From the IMG/VR virus record IMGVR_UViG_3300042090_002148: a stretch of 64,000 nucleotides of DNA; one strand, 5' to 3'. This document shows, in pieces, positions 9,412 to 18,723 of the stretch. This stretch comes from a virus. The position numbers and the translations under genes were made by a program. Position 1 is the first letter of the stretch. Every line of letters starts with the position of its first letter. The notes beneath the pieces were generated by a model. It saw only the letters and a list, made by a program, of their open reading frames with translations, searched no databases and was not told the DNA's origin.

Positions 9412-9995
9412 GTCGGAAGTACTGTACGCGCAGGCGGGTTCAGGAGGTAGCTTGCTGCACGCTGAAGAAGTGCCGGGTCGTCCTTGAAGCGGCCGATGCC
9501 GTTGTTGCAGCTGCTACAGAGGAGGCCGCGCACCATCTTCCGGACATGGTCATGATCCACGTGCCACCTCACTGGCTTTCCATCGCGCAGCAGAGGTTCC
9601 TTACGCCCGCAGATCGCGCAGCATCCTCCCTGCACCCTCTCGAGCTCCTCGTACTGCTCGAGAGTGATGCCGTAGTTCGACATGAGCTTGATGGAGATGA
9701 CGCGTCTAGGGTCTTTCTCTCGTTGTGCCGCGGCGTAGCCCCTCGCACGCAGAAGCTGCTTGGCGTGCTGTTCAGGGTCTTCTTTACGCCGTTGTTCCTT
9801 CGCACGTAACTTCTCAGTATTGCTGCTGCGCCAGACGCGGTCTTGTGCGCGAGCAGCTGCTGCCTTCTCTGGGTGACGTGCGCGCCATCGACGCGTGTTC
9901 TCCGCAAGCGCGGCTCTTCCCTCTGGCGTAGCTGCACGTTTGCGCGCCTGTTCCCGTGCATAAGCACGGCGCTTCTTCGGGTCCTTGATCGGCAC
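9405..9995 (-). CDS. Endonuclease VII-type HNH endonuclease
   Basis: YGITLEQYE..QGGCCAICG..VDHDH..VRGLLCSSCNNGIGRFKDDP. Confidence 0.9.
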   Translation of the reverse strand: MPIKDPKKRRAYAREQARKRAATPEGRAALAENTRRWRARHPEKAAAARAQDRVWRSSNTEKLRAKEQRRKEDPEQHAKQLLRARGYAAAQREKDPRRVISIKLMSNYGITLEQYEELERVQGGCCAICGRKEPLLRDGKPVRWHVDHDHVRKMVRGLLCSSCNNGIGRFKDDPALLQRAASYLLNPPARTVLPTC

Positions 9996-10001
9996 CGTAA
10001 G

Positions 10002-10030
10002 AGCGTATCACCGGTGGTAATCCTAGGCAA
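10002..10030 (-). promoter_or_regulatory. Sigma70-like promoter TTGCCT-17-TACGCT, 6 nt upstream of GTG 9995
   Basis: -35 at 10030-10025 and -10 at 10007-10002 read directly. Confidence 0.6.
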
Positions 10031-11315
10031 GGACGTCTGGGTTCCCTCCAGTGATCGTTCCCAGCACCTTGCCGATGAGCAGGAGGTTCCCTGGCGACGG
10101 GATGATCTGCAGCATCGCAGACACGGGAGTGCCTGGCACAGGAGGCGACTGCAGCGTGATGGCCACCTGCATCATCGGCGAAGCCGCGGTGAACGGCTGC
10201 GTAACGTCGATGGGCGTTGTTACAACGTCACCCTGTCGACCCACTGGCAGTGTCCCCGCGCCGAGTCGCACGACCTTCCCCTTGATGTTCGTGTACGACC
10301 CTCCGTCGATGTCGATGCCGTTCACTGCGGTCACCGAGATGGAGTCCTCACAGGTGAGCGTCACGGTGCCCGTCACATCGAAGGTGAGGTTCTTCGTGAC
10401 CTGGAAGTAGAAGTTGCCGGCGAAGCGTGTGAGCCCGTTACCCTGTCGGTCGAAGGTGAACTTCATCACCGAAGCAGCGACCGCGCCGCTCAGCGCCTCC
10501 CCTGTCTGGGTGTTGAAGCCCTTCGGAGAGACCGTCACCTCGTAGACGATGGGGTTGCTTCCCTTGCCGTCGTCGCCGGCGCCCACACCCGCTGTGCCGA
10601 TGCCGGTCTGGTCGGGCTCAGGGATGGGGTTGGTCACGTAGCCAGAGGCGATCTTGATGTCGGCCGCTGCGTCGTTCGCGAACACCCGCAGCGTCTGCAT
10701 GAACGTCGCCGGGTACTGCGTGATGGAGGGCCCGGTCTGGATGCCCCATGCGATGGTGCCACCAGCGTTGTCGTGCTCGTAGTTCTGGCTGATGTCGATG
10801 ACCTGGTTGTTCAGCGGGATGAAGATGCGCTGCGCGAGCTCGGTGGATCCGATCTGCAGGACGCCGCCTCGACGCAGGATGATGAAGTTGTCGTCGCGCG
10901 TGCGGAACCAAAGGTCCCCGGGGTTGGCCGGAGGGCGCCCACCCGCGAAGCTAGAATCGGTCGAGTTCGCCGCAGGAGCTCCGTGTGAAGAGGTACCCTG
11001 CGGCGCATCGGCCGCGGAGGCATCGACGGTCTCGGACGTCATGACGAAGCACATCACGAACGGTGGCGAGGTGTCGCTCGGGATCGCCACCATCACCGTC
11101 GCGTTGACCTCCGGGATCACGTACATGCCCTCGCCGTTCGAGTGATGCAGGTACGGAGAGCCGACCGAGATGCCCTTGTAGAAGGTGCGGTCGAACTGTC
11201 CCTGGACGTCGACCGTCCAGTTGTTCAGGTTGTAGTTCACAACCTTGCCCTGGACGATGCGTCCCGCGTCGTGCCCCTGCCGACTCGTGAAGGAGGTGCG
11301 AAACTTGGTCGCCAC
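10023..11315 (-). CDS. Baseplate hub/spike protein (gp5/VgrG/gpV-like)
   Basis: N-terminal OB-fold-like GKVVNYN..TVDV..GMYVIPEVNATVMV; beta-strand repeats; C-terminal PVGRQGDVV..GTITGGNPDVLA spike-tip-like end. Confidence 0.7.
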   Translation of the reverse strand: MATKFRTSFTSRQGHDAGRIVQGKVVNYNLNNWTVDVQGQFDRTFYKGISVGSPYLHHSNGEGMYVIPEVNATVMVAIPSDTSPPFVMCFVMTSETVDASAADAPQGTSSHGAPAANSTDSSFAGGRPPANPGDLWFRTRDDNFIILRRGGVLQIGSTELAQRIFIPLNNQVIDISQNYEHDNAGGTIAWGIQTGPSITQYPATFMQTLRVFANDAAADIKIASGYVTNPIPEPDQTGIGTAGVGAGDDGKGSNPIVYEVTVSPKGFNTQTGEALSGAVAASVMKFTFDRQGNGLTRFAGNFYFQVTKNLTFDVTGTVTLTCEDSISVTAVNGIDIDGGSYTNIKGKVVRLGAGTLPVGRQGDVVTTPIDVTQPFTAASPMMQVAITLQSPPVPGTPVSAMLQIIPSPGNLLLIGKVLGTITGGNPDVLA

Positions 11316-11329
11316 GAGCTGACTCTACC

Positions 11330-14300
11330 TCAGTAGTGGTGCGGCGCGACGTCTTTGAGGTGACCTTGCCCTGGAACGAGGGAGTCCTTCTTGGTCAGCC
11401 CGATCTCTGCGCCGAACGCCAGAGCGGGAATGGGATGCGTGCCGTGGATGAGGGAAACACCGTGGACGGCCGCGGCCTCCTGAAGCGTTTCGCGCAGGTG
11501 GTTGTGCTGCAGCTTCGCCATCCAGTCCTCGTGGAGCTCGCGCGGCATGATGTCGATGCCCTTGAGGACCGGGGTGTGCTCGATGGGTGCCTTGCCGGCG
11601 TGAACGAGCTCCTCGTTCATCTTCCGAACAACAGGGAGCGGACGGAACTCTCCACGCAGAACACTGTCATGGTCTCCTGGATCTTCCACGCGGGTGAGGC
11701 TGCCCATCGACTTCACCACCATCTCGATGGCACGGCGCTTGAGGCCCTCGTTCTTGTACAGATCGAAGATGGACTCCGTCAGGTGGTTCTGGACCTTGTC
11801 CATCGAGCCGGTGGCCGCGAAGAGATGGTGCGGGTTCACCACGGTACGGTTCGGATCCGAGAGACGCTGCCCAGCCTCGACCTTCATCCCTACCTTCGGC
11901 GGGAACCACGGCCTGTAGCCGGCGATCACGGAAGCTCCAGGCAGGTTCTCGTGCAGGGCAAAGCCGCCGGCGTCCTTGCCGACGTGGTGCTTGCGCCCGC
12001 CCACGAAGATGTCCACGCCCGTGGCGGTCGGCTGGATCTTGTCGATGGTCCCCGCGGCGCTAGCGATGGTCGCCTGATTCGCGAGCTTCTTCGGCAGCCG
12101 GAGGAGGTTGTCGAAGTGCGCGAAGGCGCTGAGCAGCTTCGAGCCACCCTGCTCGCTGACACCGCCTGTGTGGAAGCTCTTGAGGGTGAGCTGGACTGCA
12201 CGCTCCCCTACGGCATGCGCCGCCTGGATTCCGACGTTCGTCCCGAGCTCGTAGTGCTGTCCCCCGGAGGTGAGGCCTGCGCACTTCTGACAGACGCCGT
12301 GTTCTTCCTCGCACTTCAGCGGCGAGCGCACCACGATGTTGGCGTGCGGGTCGGCTGCACGAATCTTCCCGACGTCTGCCGGTGTGAGCAGCGTGTTCGC
12401 GGGGATGTGTACGTTGCCGTGGTTGAAGTCCTGCTGGAGATAGCGGTCGTGGACGTCGGGCTCGTTGATGCCGAGCGCGATGCCTTCCTTCGTCCCGCAG
12501 TCGTGGCTGTTCACGAGCACGTTCATCATGCTCTGCATCAGCACCTTTGAGAGCGCGCCGGGCTTCTCGACCTCCTGCACCTTCATCACGGCGCCGCGGC
12601 GAGCTCCGTGCATCTGGGTCCAGTAGCTGCCCATGTCGAGCCCCTCGGAGTAGCTCTTCGTGACAGCGTTAGGGATGGGGCGGTCGTGGGCGTCGCGGTA
12701 GATCATCGGAGCCAGGACCATCTGACGGTACTGATCCCATCCAGGCTTCACACCGGCCTTGTACATCGTGAAGAGGTTGCTCGGGTTCTCCTCCTGGCTC
12801 TTCACGTGGAGCGCCTTCATCTCCGTGGCTGCCTCGTTGTACAACGCGACGACCTGGTGGTCCTTCTGCGCTTGGGTGAGCTTCGTGTTCGCCGCGACCT
12901 GCTTCACCTTCTCCTCGATAGGCCGCAGTGCCTTCTCTCGAGAGGCGACGTCCGGCACGAAGTCCTTGAGCGAGAGGGAGTGCGTGGGCATCGGCACGAA
13001 GATGCTCTTGTGCGGGTCGAGCGCGGCGTTGTGTGCTCCTCCCTTCCCGAGCTCGAACGGGTGACCGATGCCGGTGGGCCGTGGCACCAGCACCGAACCG
13101 AAGGCCGCACCGTTGCCGAGGTCCTTGAGCTTGTTCACCGAGCTGTCGTAGCTCGCGGTGTGCTCCTTCGCGATGCGTGTGAGCAGCTTGTCGAGCCCCT
13201 TCGTTCCGCCGTCCTTCGTACCAGCGTTGTCCAGGCGGTACTGCATGTCGTGCATCATGTGCGCCTCGAGGTCAGGTGGCACCGCGCTGGACAGGAGCAC
13301 ACGACCTGGGGTGGTCACACCGCCGGGGAGGTGGACCTGGTCCGTCATCTGGACATGGCCCTTCTGCACTGCGGACAACACCTCCGCCGGGTTCGCGTAC
13401 TTCTTCCCCGTGTCCTTTCCAACCACCGAGAGCTTGTACAGCCCGAGTGCGCTCTCGAGCGTGGGCTGGTACATGCTCTTGCCCGAGGCATCACTGAAGA
13501 GGTTGTTCGAGGGGTACATCTTGCGCGCCTCGGCCTTGGCTGCCTCCGTGATGGGCACGTACACGCTCATCGTGTCGCCGTCGAAGTCCGCGTTGAAGCC
13601 CCCGGTCACGAGGGGATGGATCTTGATGGCGTTGCCCTCGACCGCGCGCGCCTTGAACGCCTGGATGCTGTACTTGTGCAGCACCGGGTCGCGCTTCAGC
13701 AGCACGGGATGGTCCGCCATCACCTTGTCGAGCGCCTTCCAGACCTGCGCGTTCGGCTTCACGAGCAGCGGAGGCGCGTCCATCTCTGCGTGGATGGCGC
13801 CCATCTCCTTGAGCTTCCTCACCACGAAGGGACGGAACAAGTTGAGCGCAGCGTTCTTCGGTAGGCCCACCTCGTCGAGACCGAGCGCGGGCTCAGGCAC
13901 GATGGTGGACCTCATCGACAGGTCCTGACGCCGACTCAGCAGCACGTTCTGGAAGTAGCCATACTTCGGCGAGCTCCCTGCGATGCGGTGGAGGATGCCC
14001 TTCTCCTTGGCGTCTGCGTACGGTGTCCCGACGCCCATGAGCGCCTTGACCCCGTCGTAGTAGTCGACGCGCAGGTCCCGCTTACCGGACTCGAGGATGT
14101 TCTGCTTGATGACCGGATCCTTGAGCTCGTCGTTGACCTTCGCGAAGTCTGAGTAGAGCTGGTTCAGGTCGTCTGGCTTCAGGCTCCCGTCCGGCATCGG
14201 AGTGATGGGGCGCATCACCGGAGGGAGCACGGGCAGGTGGTGCAGGATGTACGCCTCGCTCGGCTTCAGCTTCAGGTCATGAAGCGCGCGCAAGAACTTC

Positions 14301-17300
14301 ACACGCTTCAACGCCGGATCGATCTTCGCCCCTGTCGCGTGGTCTAGTGCCAGCTGCGCAGGGCCGATCTCCTTGCGAACATCCACACGATCGAGGAGCA
14401 GCTTGATGCCAGCGCCTCCGGTGGCGCCCTTGTTAGGGTCGGTGAGCTGTCCGGTAGCGGTCACGCCCTTCTCGCCGTGGACGATGGACTGGAAGTCCTT
14501 CTTGCCGATCTGCGCCACGCTGCAGATGGCCTTCTCGAAGAAGGGGTTGGGCAGCGGCTCGGCGAGCTCGATGTGCGTCCAGTGTCGGCCGCCGTGCCCA
14601 CCGGTAAGGCGCTCGTCGAAGAGTCCGCCGGTGCGCGGCTTGAGCTCTCCCTTCGAGTCGAGCTTCGTGTTGAGACGCTCGGCCGCATGAGGCAGTGCCT
14701 TGGGCGCTAGCTCGAGGACCTGCGCGTCCGTCATCGGGGAGAGCGCGATGCTGTGTCCGACCTTGTCCACGTTCACGCCGGTCGCCCGCAGCATGTCGGT
14801 GAACTTCTGGTAAGCGAAGGTCGGCTTCGGTGGCGGGATGAGCCCGCCCGACTGGATGGCTGCCCAGATCTTGTTGTGGTCGCTCGGCCACGCCTTGCGT
14901 GGATCGGTCTGGGGGTCCACGCCTTCGGACTTGTACGTCTGCATCTCGCGCAGGTTGGCCTTCGCCCCATGCGCCAAGAGCGCGTAGAGATCGAGGCCGC
15001 CGATGGACGGACCACCGGTGCCCGAACCTCCCACCGGCTGCAGGTTCAGGTCATAGCCCTCGGGCTGTGTTCCGGGGATGTTCATCCCACTGCGCACCGA
15101 GAGCTTCTTCTCGACCTGATGCACGAGCTTGAGCAGGTGCTGCGGGCCCACAAGCGCCTTGCCCAGGGACTGGTGCGTATGGGGGTCGAAGAGCTCCTCG
15201 GTGTCCTCGAGACCGTGAGCCTTGAGATCCGCGGTCACTTTCTCGAGCGCGTTGAACTTCGGCTGGAAGTTCTGGACGATGTACGGCTTGCCTGTCTTCA
15301 GTGCGATCTTGCCGGCAGCGGTCTCGAGGACCTGACCCACGTTCATGCGGCCCGGTACACCGGAGGGGTTGAGCGCCACCTCGATGTGCTTGCCATCCTT
15401 CGTGTGGGGCATCTCCTTGTCCGGGAGGATCATCGTGCAGATGCCCTTGTTGCCGTAGCGACCGGCCAGCTTGTCGCCCACCTGCATGGGTTCCACGGTG
15501 CGCACGTGCACCGTCACGCCCTCCTTGGTGTGGTGGACGCCGACGACCTCGCCGTCGAACTCGCTGTCCCACCGCAGACTCTTGTCCACGTGCGCGGCAG
15601 CCATGATCTTGCGGACCGCGGCCATCCCCGTACGGTCCTTGAGCTGATAGGGCTTCATCGCCGTGATGAGCGGGTCGCCTGGCTTGACCGTCTGGCCGAC
15701 GCGGATGATGCCCTTGTCGTCGAGCTTGTCGAACTGCTTGTTGTTGTAGAGCCCGTGGTGCTCCAGCATGAAGCGCTTCTTGTCGAGCACCAGCGTGTCC
15801 TCGAGCGGCAACGAGGGCTTGTGCATGTGTGCGCTGGAGAGCGCGTCTGCGGCGCTCTGACTGATGACGACGCCGTCCTCGAAGTTGTATCCCTTGAACG
15901 GGATGTACGCGACGCGCAGGTTCGTACCGAGCGCCAACACCCCCTTCTTCGAGTAGTTCGTGTCGGCCACCACCTGGTTCTTCTTCACGCGGTCACCGAC
16001 AGCAACGATGGGCGTGGAGTCGAGCACCCCCTTCGCCTCGTTGACCGGGAAGTTGTGGTAGATCTGGACCTCGTGCTTCTCCCCTGTGTCGCTGTGGATG
16101 GTCACGCCATGTGGGGTCACCGCAGTGACCTTGCCGTCCGCCGGCGACGTGTGTGAGGTGAGCCCTCCCATGAGGCGCTCGAACGTCTGACCGCCCTCCG
16201 TGCTGGCTCCGGTGCCCACCTGTACGAGCGCGGGCTCACGGTGCACGAGGGAGATGGCCTGCTCCATGTGACGACTCGCCATCGAGGCGCGTCCACCCGA
16301 GGTGTTCGCCAGGAACGGCAGCAGGTTCGACGTCATGTTGAAGAGCTGGCTGGGGTAGCGAACGGCGTACTGGGCGTCGGCGAACTTCCCCTGCCGCACG
16401 TCGTCCCCACCACCCGTCATCTGGACCATGTCGCTGATGGGATGGGGCTTGCCGTCCACCCAGTGCACCTGGTCAGGCAGCACGATGCGTACCTTGGAGG
16501 CTTCTCCGGGGGACACGAGGTCGTACTTGCCGGTCTTCAGGTTGTAGAGCCGGATGCGCGCCTCACCGCGAGGCTCACCGTTCACGACGTGGTCGACCTT
16601 CTGCAGTCCGAAGGGAAGGCGCAGGGTCACCCCTGTCGACGCGCCCTCGGGGGTGTTGATGGGGTCGAGGAAGCCGAGGTGGCTGGCATTGATGAACTTC
16701 ACCTCGTCCTTGATCTGCCGATCGCTCTGGATGCCGCCGGGTCCCATGACCGTGGTCTGGAAAGATGCGGCCAGCATCTCCACCGGGTTGATCTGAGCTG
16801 CTGGCCCGGCCGCCGCGTTCTTCTGGAACGTCTCGAGGATGGGCTTGTTGAACATCCCGATCTGAACCACGTCACGAACGTTCTTCGCGGCGTTGATCTT
16901 GGCGGAGATCTTCCGCTGGATGACCTTGCGGCCGGCATCGAGGATGCGCTCGTGCGCGAAGTCACCCACCGAGCGGAGGTCCTTGAAGATGAGGGACTCG
17001 CGGTCGTCTTCCTTCTCACCGCCCTGCACCCGCAGGAGCTTCTGCGTGGCGCGCGTGAGTGCGTCTCCTGTGACGTGCTCGAAGGGCTTGCCCAGCGTGA
17101 GCTCCGTGGAGTCGGGCCGTAGCGTGGAGGCCGTCATCATGTCGTAGAAGTGAGCTGCCGCGGCCTCCCTGTCCGGGGCCGCGACCTTCTTCGTGCTCTT
17201 GTAGAAGGTGGCGAGCGCGCTGTCCTTCTTCGCGGCGTTCTTGTTCGCCTCGTAGACCTCCTTGCCCCAGGCCTTCTCAAGTGCCGCGTCGTCGACACCC

Positions 17301-17839
17301 AGCGTCTTCACGAGCTGGTAGAGCGGGATCTTGCTCGCGCTCTTGCCGTACTCCATGTGGAAGACCTTGCTGTCCGGGTCGAAGACGACGTCGAAGCTCT
17401 TGCGATTCTTGATGTTGAAGCGCGTCTCGAGCTCGCCGTTACTGCGCCGCTGCGTGTAGACGCCGGGCTTGAGCTGCCACTGGTTGTTGACCTGGTACTC
17501 CTTGGCGCCGCTGCGCGAGGCCACGATGTACGAGTACCGGTTCGTCATCTTCGGAATGTCGGCGATGCGCATCTTGCGCGAGTCCACGACGGCCCCGGTC
17601 GCGTTGTCGCGCAGCGTGAGGTTGGCGTACACCGGGACGGACCACGTCTCACCGGCGAGCTTGTGCGCGTGCTGGTCGCGGATGTCCGATGGATCCTTGT
17701 CGTCCTTGATGCTCAGCCCGTCGAGGTGGAGTGACTGAGCCTTCCCCTTGATGACGCCATCCGGGAATTGGCTCTTGATCCCCTCGAGCACGCGCTGCTG
17801 GAGGTTCTCGGACGCTTCTTTGGGATCCAGGTAGGCCAA
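11330..17839 (-). CDS. Single-chain DNA-directed RNA polymerase, bacterial-type beta fused to beta', ~2169 aa
   Basis: beta motifs GPGG, TPEG, GYNFED, GDKLAGRYGNKG, LNPSGVPGRMNVGQ, LKLVHQV; beta' motifs HIELA, LPVLPP, NADFDGD (13574-13594), bridge helix HGARRG, CxxC Zn site, trigger loop QLTLKSFHTGG; TTG start at 17839 preceded by GAGGT. Confidence 0.95.
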   Translation of the reverse strand: MAYLDPKEASENLQQRVLEGIKSQFPDGVIKGKAQSLHLDGLSIKDDKDPSDIRDQHAHKLAGETWSVPVYANLTLRDNATGAVVDSRKMRIADIPKMTNRYSYIVASRSGAKEYQVNNQWQLKPGVYTQRRSNGELETRFNIKNRKSFDVVFDPDSKVFHMEYGKSASKIPLYQLVKTLGVDDAALEKAWGKEVYEANKNAAKKDSALATFYKSTKKVAAPDREAAAAHFYDMMTASTLRPDSTELTLGKPFEHVTGDALTRATQKLLRVQGGEKEDDRESLIFKDLRSVGDFAHERILDAGRKVIQRKISAKINAAKNVRDVVQIGMFNKPILETFQKNAAAGPAAQINPVEMLAASFQTTVMGPGGIQSDRQIKDEVKFINASHLGFLDPINTPEGASTGVTLRLPFGLQKVDHVVNGEPRGEARIRLYNLKTGKYDLVSPGEASKVRIVLPDQVHWVDGKPHPISDMVQMTGGGDDVRQGKFADAQYAVRYPSQLFNMTSNLLPFLANTSGGRASMASRHMEQAISLVHREPALVQVGTGASTEGGQTFERLMGGLTSHTSPADGKVTAVTPHGVTIHSDTGEKHEVQIYHNFPVNEAKGVLDSTPIVAVGDRVKKNQVVADTNYSKKGVLALGTNLRVAYIPFKGYNFEDGVVISQSAADALSSAHMHKPSLPLEDTLVLDKKRFMLEHHGLYNNKQFDKLDDKGIIRVGQTVKPGDPLITAMKPYQLKDRTGMAAVRKIMAAAHVDKSLRWDSEFDGEVVGVHHTKEGVTVHVRTVEPMQVGDKLAGRYGNKGICTMILPDKEMPHTKDGKHIEVALNPSGVPGRMNVGQVLETAAGKIALKTGKPYIVQNFQPKFNALEKVTADLKAHGLEDTEELFDPHTHQSLGKALVGPQHLLKLVHQVEKKLSVRSGMNIPGTQPEGYDLNLQPVGGSGTGGPSIGGLDLYALLAHGAKANLREMQTYKSEGVDPQTDPRKAWPSDHNKIWAAIQSGGLIPPPKPTFAYQKFTDMLRATGVNVDKVGHSIALSPMTDAQVLELAPKALPHAAERLNTKLDSKGELKPRTGGLFDERLTGGHGGRHWTHIELAEPLPNPFFEKAICSVAQIGKKDFQSIVHGEKGVTATGQLTDPNKGATGGAGIKLLLDRVDVRKEIGPAQLALDHATGAKIDPALKRVKFLRALHDLKLKPSEAYILHHLPVLPPVMRPITPMPDGSLKPDDLNQLYSDFAKVNDELKDPVIKQNILESGKRDLRVDYYDGVKALMGVGTPYADAKEKGILHRIAGSSPKYGYFQNVLLSRRQDLSMRSTIVPEPALGLDEVGLPKNAALNLFRPFVVRKLKEMGAIHAEMDAPPLLVKPNAQVWKALDKVMADHPVLLKRDPVLHKYSIQAFKARAVEGNAIKIHPLVTGGFNADFDGDTMSVYVPITEAAKAEARKMYPSNNLFSDASGKSMYQPTLESALGLYKLSVVGKDTGKKYANPAEVLSAVQKGHVQMTDQVHLPGGVTTPGRVLLSSAVPPDLEAHMMHDMQYRLDNAGTKDGGTKGLDKLLTRIAKEHTASYDSSVNKLKDLGNGAAFGSVLVPRPTGIGHPFELGKGGAHNAALDPHKSIFVPMPTHSLSLKDFVPDVASREKALRPIEEKVKQVAANTKLTQAQKDHQVVALYNEAATEMKALHVKSQEENPSNLFTMYKAGVKPGWDQYRQMVLAPMIYRDAHDRPIPNAVTKSYSEGLDMGSYWTQMHGARRGAVMKVQEVEKPGALSKVLMQSMMNVLVNSHDCGTKEGIALGINEPDVHDRYLQQDFNHGNVHIPANTLLTPADVGKIRAADPHANIVVRSPLKCEEEHGVCQKCAGLTSGGQHYELGTNVGIQAAHAVGERAVQLTLKSFHTGGVSEQGGSKLLSAFAHFDNLLRLPKKLANQATIASAAGTIDKIQPTATGVDIFVGGRKHHVGKDAGGFALHENLPGASVIAGYRPWFPPKVGMKVEAGQRLSDPNRTVVNPHHLFAATGSMDKVQNHLTESIFDLYKNEGLKRRAIEMVVKSMGSLTRVEDPGDHDSVLRGEFRPLPVVRKMNEELVHAGKAPIEHTPVLKGIDIMPRELHEDWMAKLQHNHLRETLQEAAAVHGVSLIHGTHPIPALAFGAEIGLTKKDSLVPGQGHLKDVAPHHY

Positions 17840-17857
17840 CGGATGTACCTCAGCATC

Positions 17858-17887
17858 AGCGTACCGCGCGGCAGGAAAGCGGTGCAA
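17858..17887 (-). promoter_or_regulatory. Sigma70-like promoter TTGCAC-18-TACGCT for the RNAP gene
   Basis: -35 at 17887-17882, -10 at 17863-17858, followed by SD GAGGT and TTG 17839. Confidence 0.55.
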
Positions 17888-17919
17888 GCAACGTGTGGAT
17901 GCGGGGACAAGGATCTCGC

Positions 17920-18057
17920 ATGAAACAGACACCTAAACAGCCGCCGCCTACGCAAGGAGCTCGCTTCGCGGATCTCATCGCGGAGATGTTCGAGCCCAGA
18001 AAGAACAACGAACAGAAGACAGAAGAAGACGAGAAACGAGATAAGAAAACTGCGTGA
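17920..18057 (+). CDS. Possible small ORF, 45 aa (MKQTPKQPPP...EKRDKKTA)
   Basis: Translated by hand; below the track cutoff; purine-rich; may be non-coding. Confidence 0.25.
   Translation: MKQTPKQPPPTQGARFADLIAEMFEPRKNNEQKTEEDEKRDKKTA
18038..18053 (+). promoter_or_regulatory. GATAAG-box motif copy 1 (GAGATAAGAAAACTGC)
   Basis: 15/16 identical to the copy at 27880; sits at the head of a plus-strand unit. Confidence 0.6.
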
Positions 18058-18245
18058 ACACGCTGTGGAAGTACTTCATCGCGGGCCTTCTGAATGGACT
18101 CATGATCTGGATGCGCGAACGACTCAAGGAGGATGATGCTGCTCAACGTCTACGAAACGCGTCCGGAGGTGATCCCCGGAACGCGCCGACTGGAGGCGGA
18201 CTTCGGGATCCAAGGCCAGCGCCTCCGGGACCTGCACAACGCTGA
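18054..18245 (+). CDS. Possible small membrane-associated protein, 63 aa
   Basis: GTG directly follows the GATAAG box; hydrophobic LWKYFIAGLLNGLMIW; overlaps the next gene by 113 nt, so doubtful. Confidence 0.3.
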   Translation: MNTLWKYFIAGLLNGLMIWMRERLKEDDAAQRLRNASGGDPRNAPTGGGLRDPRPAPPGPAQR

Positions 18246-18723
18246 ACGGTTCTGGGAGGTGGGCGAGTCCTACCTCCCTTTCTACGGCCGCGCCCTCGGC
18301 GGCATACGCGTCAAGCTTACGGACCAGAAGGGCTTCATCACGTTCTGCAACCAGCGTGACTTCGAGGTGCTTCTGGGGATGGCGCGCCCTGGCGAATGGT
18401 GTCGCTGGGCGCACGAGGAGTACGTCGCACCCGGCCACGAGAAGTGGGTGGGCTTCTGCTGCGACGAAGCGGATGTCGAGGACGTGTTGTTCGGAGCCGA
18501 GCTGACGCTCCGACAGTACAGCCAGTACAACGGCTGGCTCATTCCTCCGATGGACGTGGAGTTCCGCATCCACGTCGAGGCCGGGTACGACGTCGAAGAA
18601 ACGCACGTACTCATCCTGGACCACGACCCGGAGACGGGGCTGGGTCCCGACACACAACTCGAGACGCTTCATCGCCGATGGGCGCGCTCAGAAAGGAGGC
18701 GTATCCAATGGAACCGGGTCTGA
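18133..18723 (+). CDS. Hypothetical protein, 196 aa
   Basis: AAGGAGG SD; globular composition. Confidence 0.65.
   Translation: MMLLNVYETRPEVIPGTRRLEADFGIQGQRLRDLHNAERFWEVGESYLPFYGRALGGIRVKLTDQKGFITFCNQRDFEVLLGMARPGEWCRWAHEEYVAPGHEKWVGFCCDEADVEDVLFGAELTLRQYSQYNGWLIPPMDVEFRIHVEAGYDVEETHVLILDHDPETGLGPDTQLETLHRRWARSERRRIQWNRV

Noticed and set aside
11330-17839. Host rpoBC operon or contamination
   Set aside because: No rplKAJL/rpsL-rpsG context, flanked by baseplate and phage genes, strongly divergent sequence
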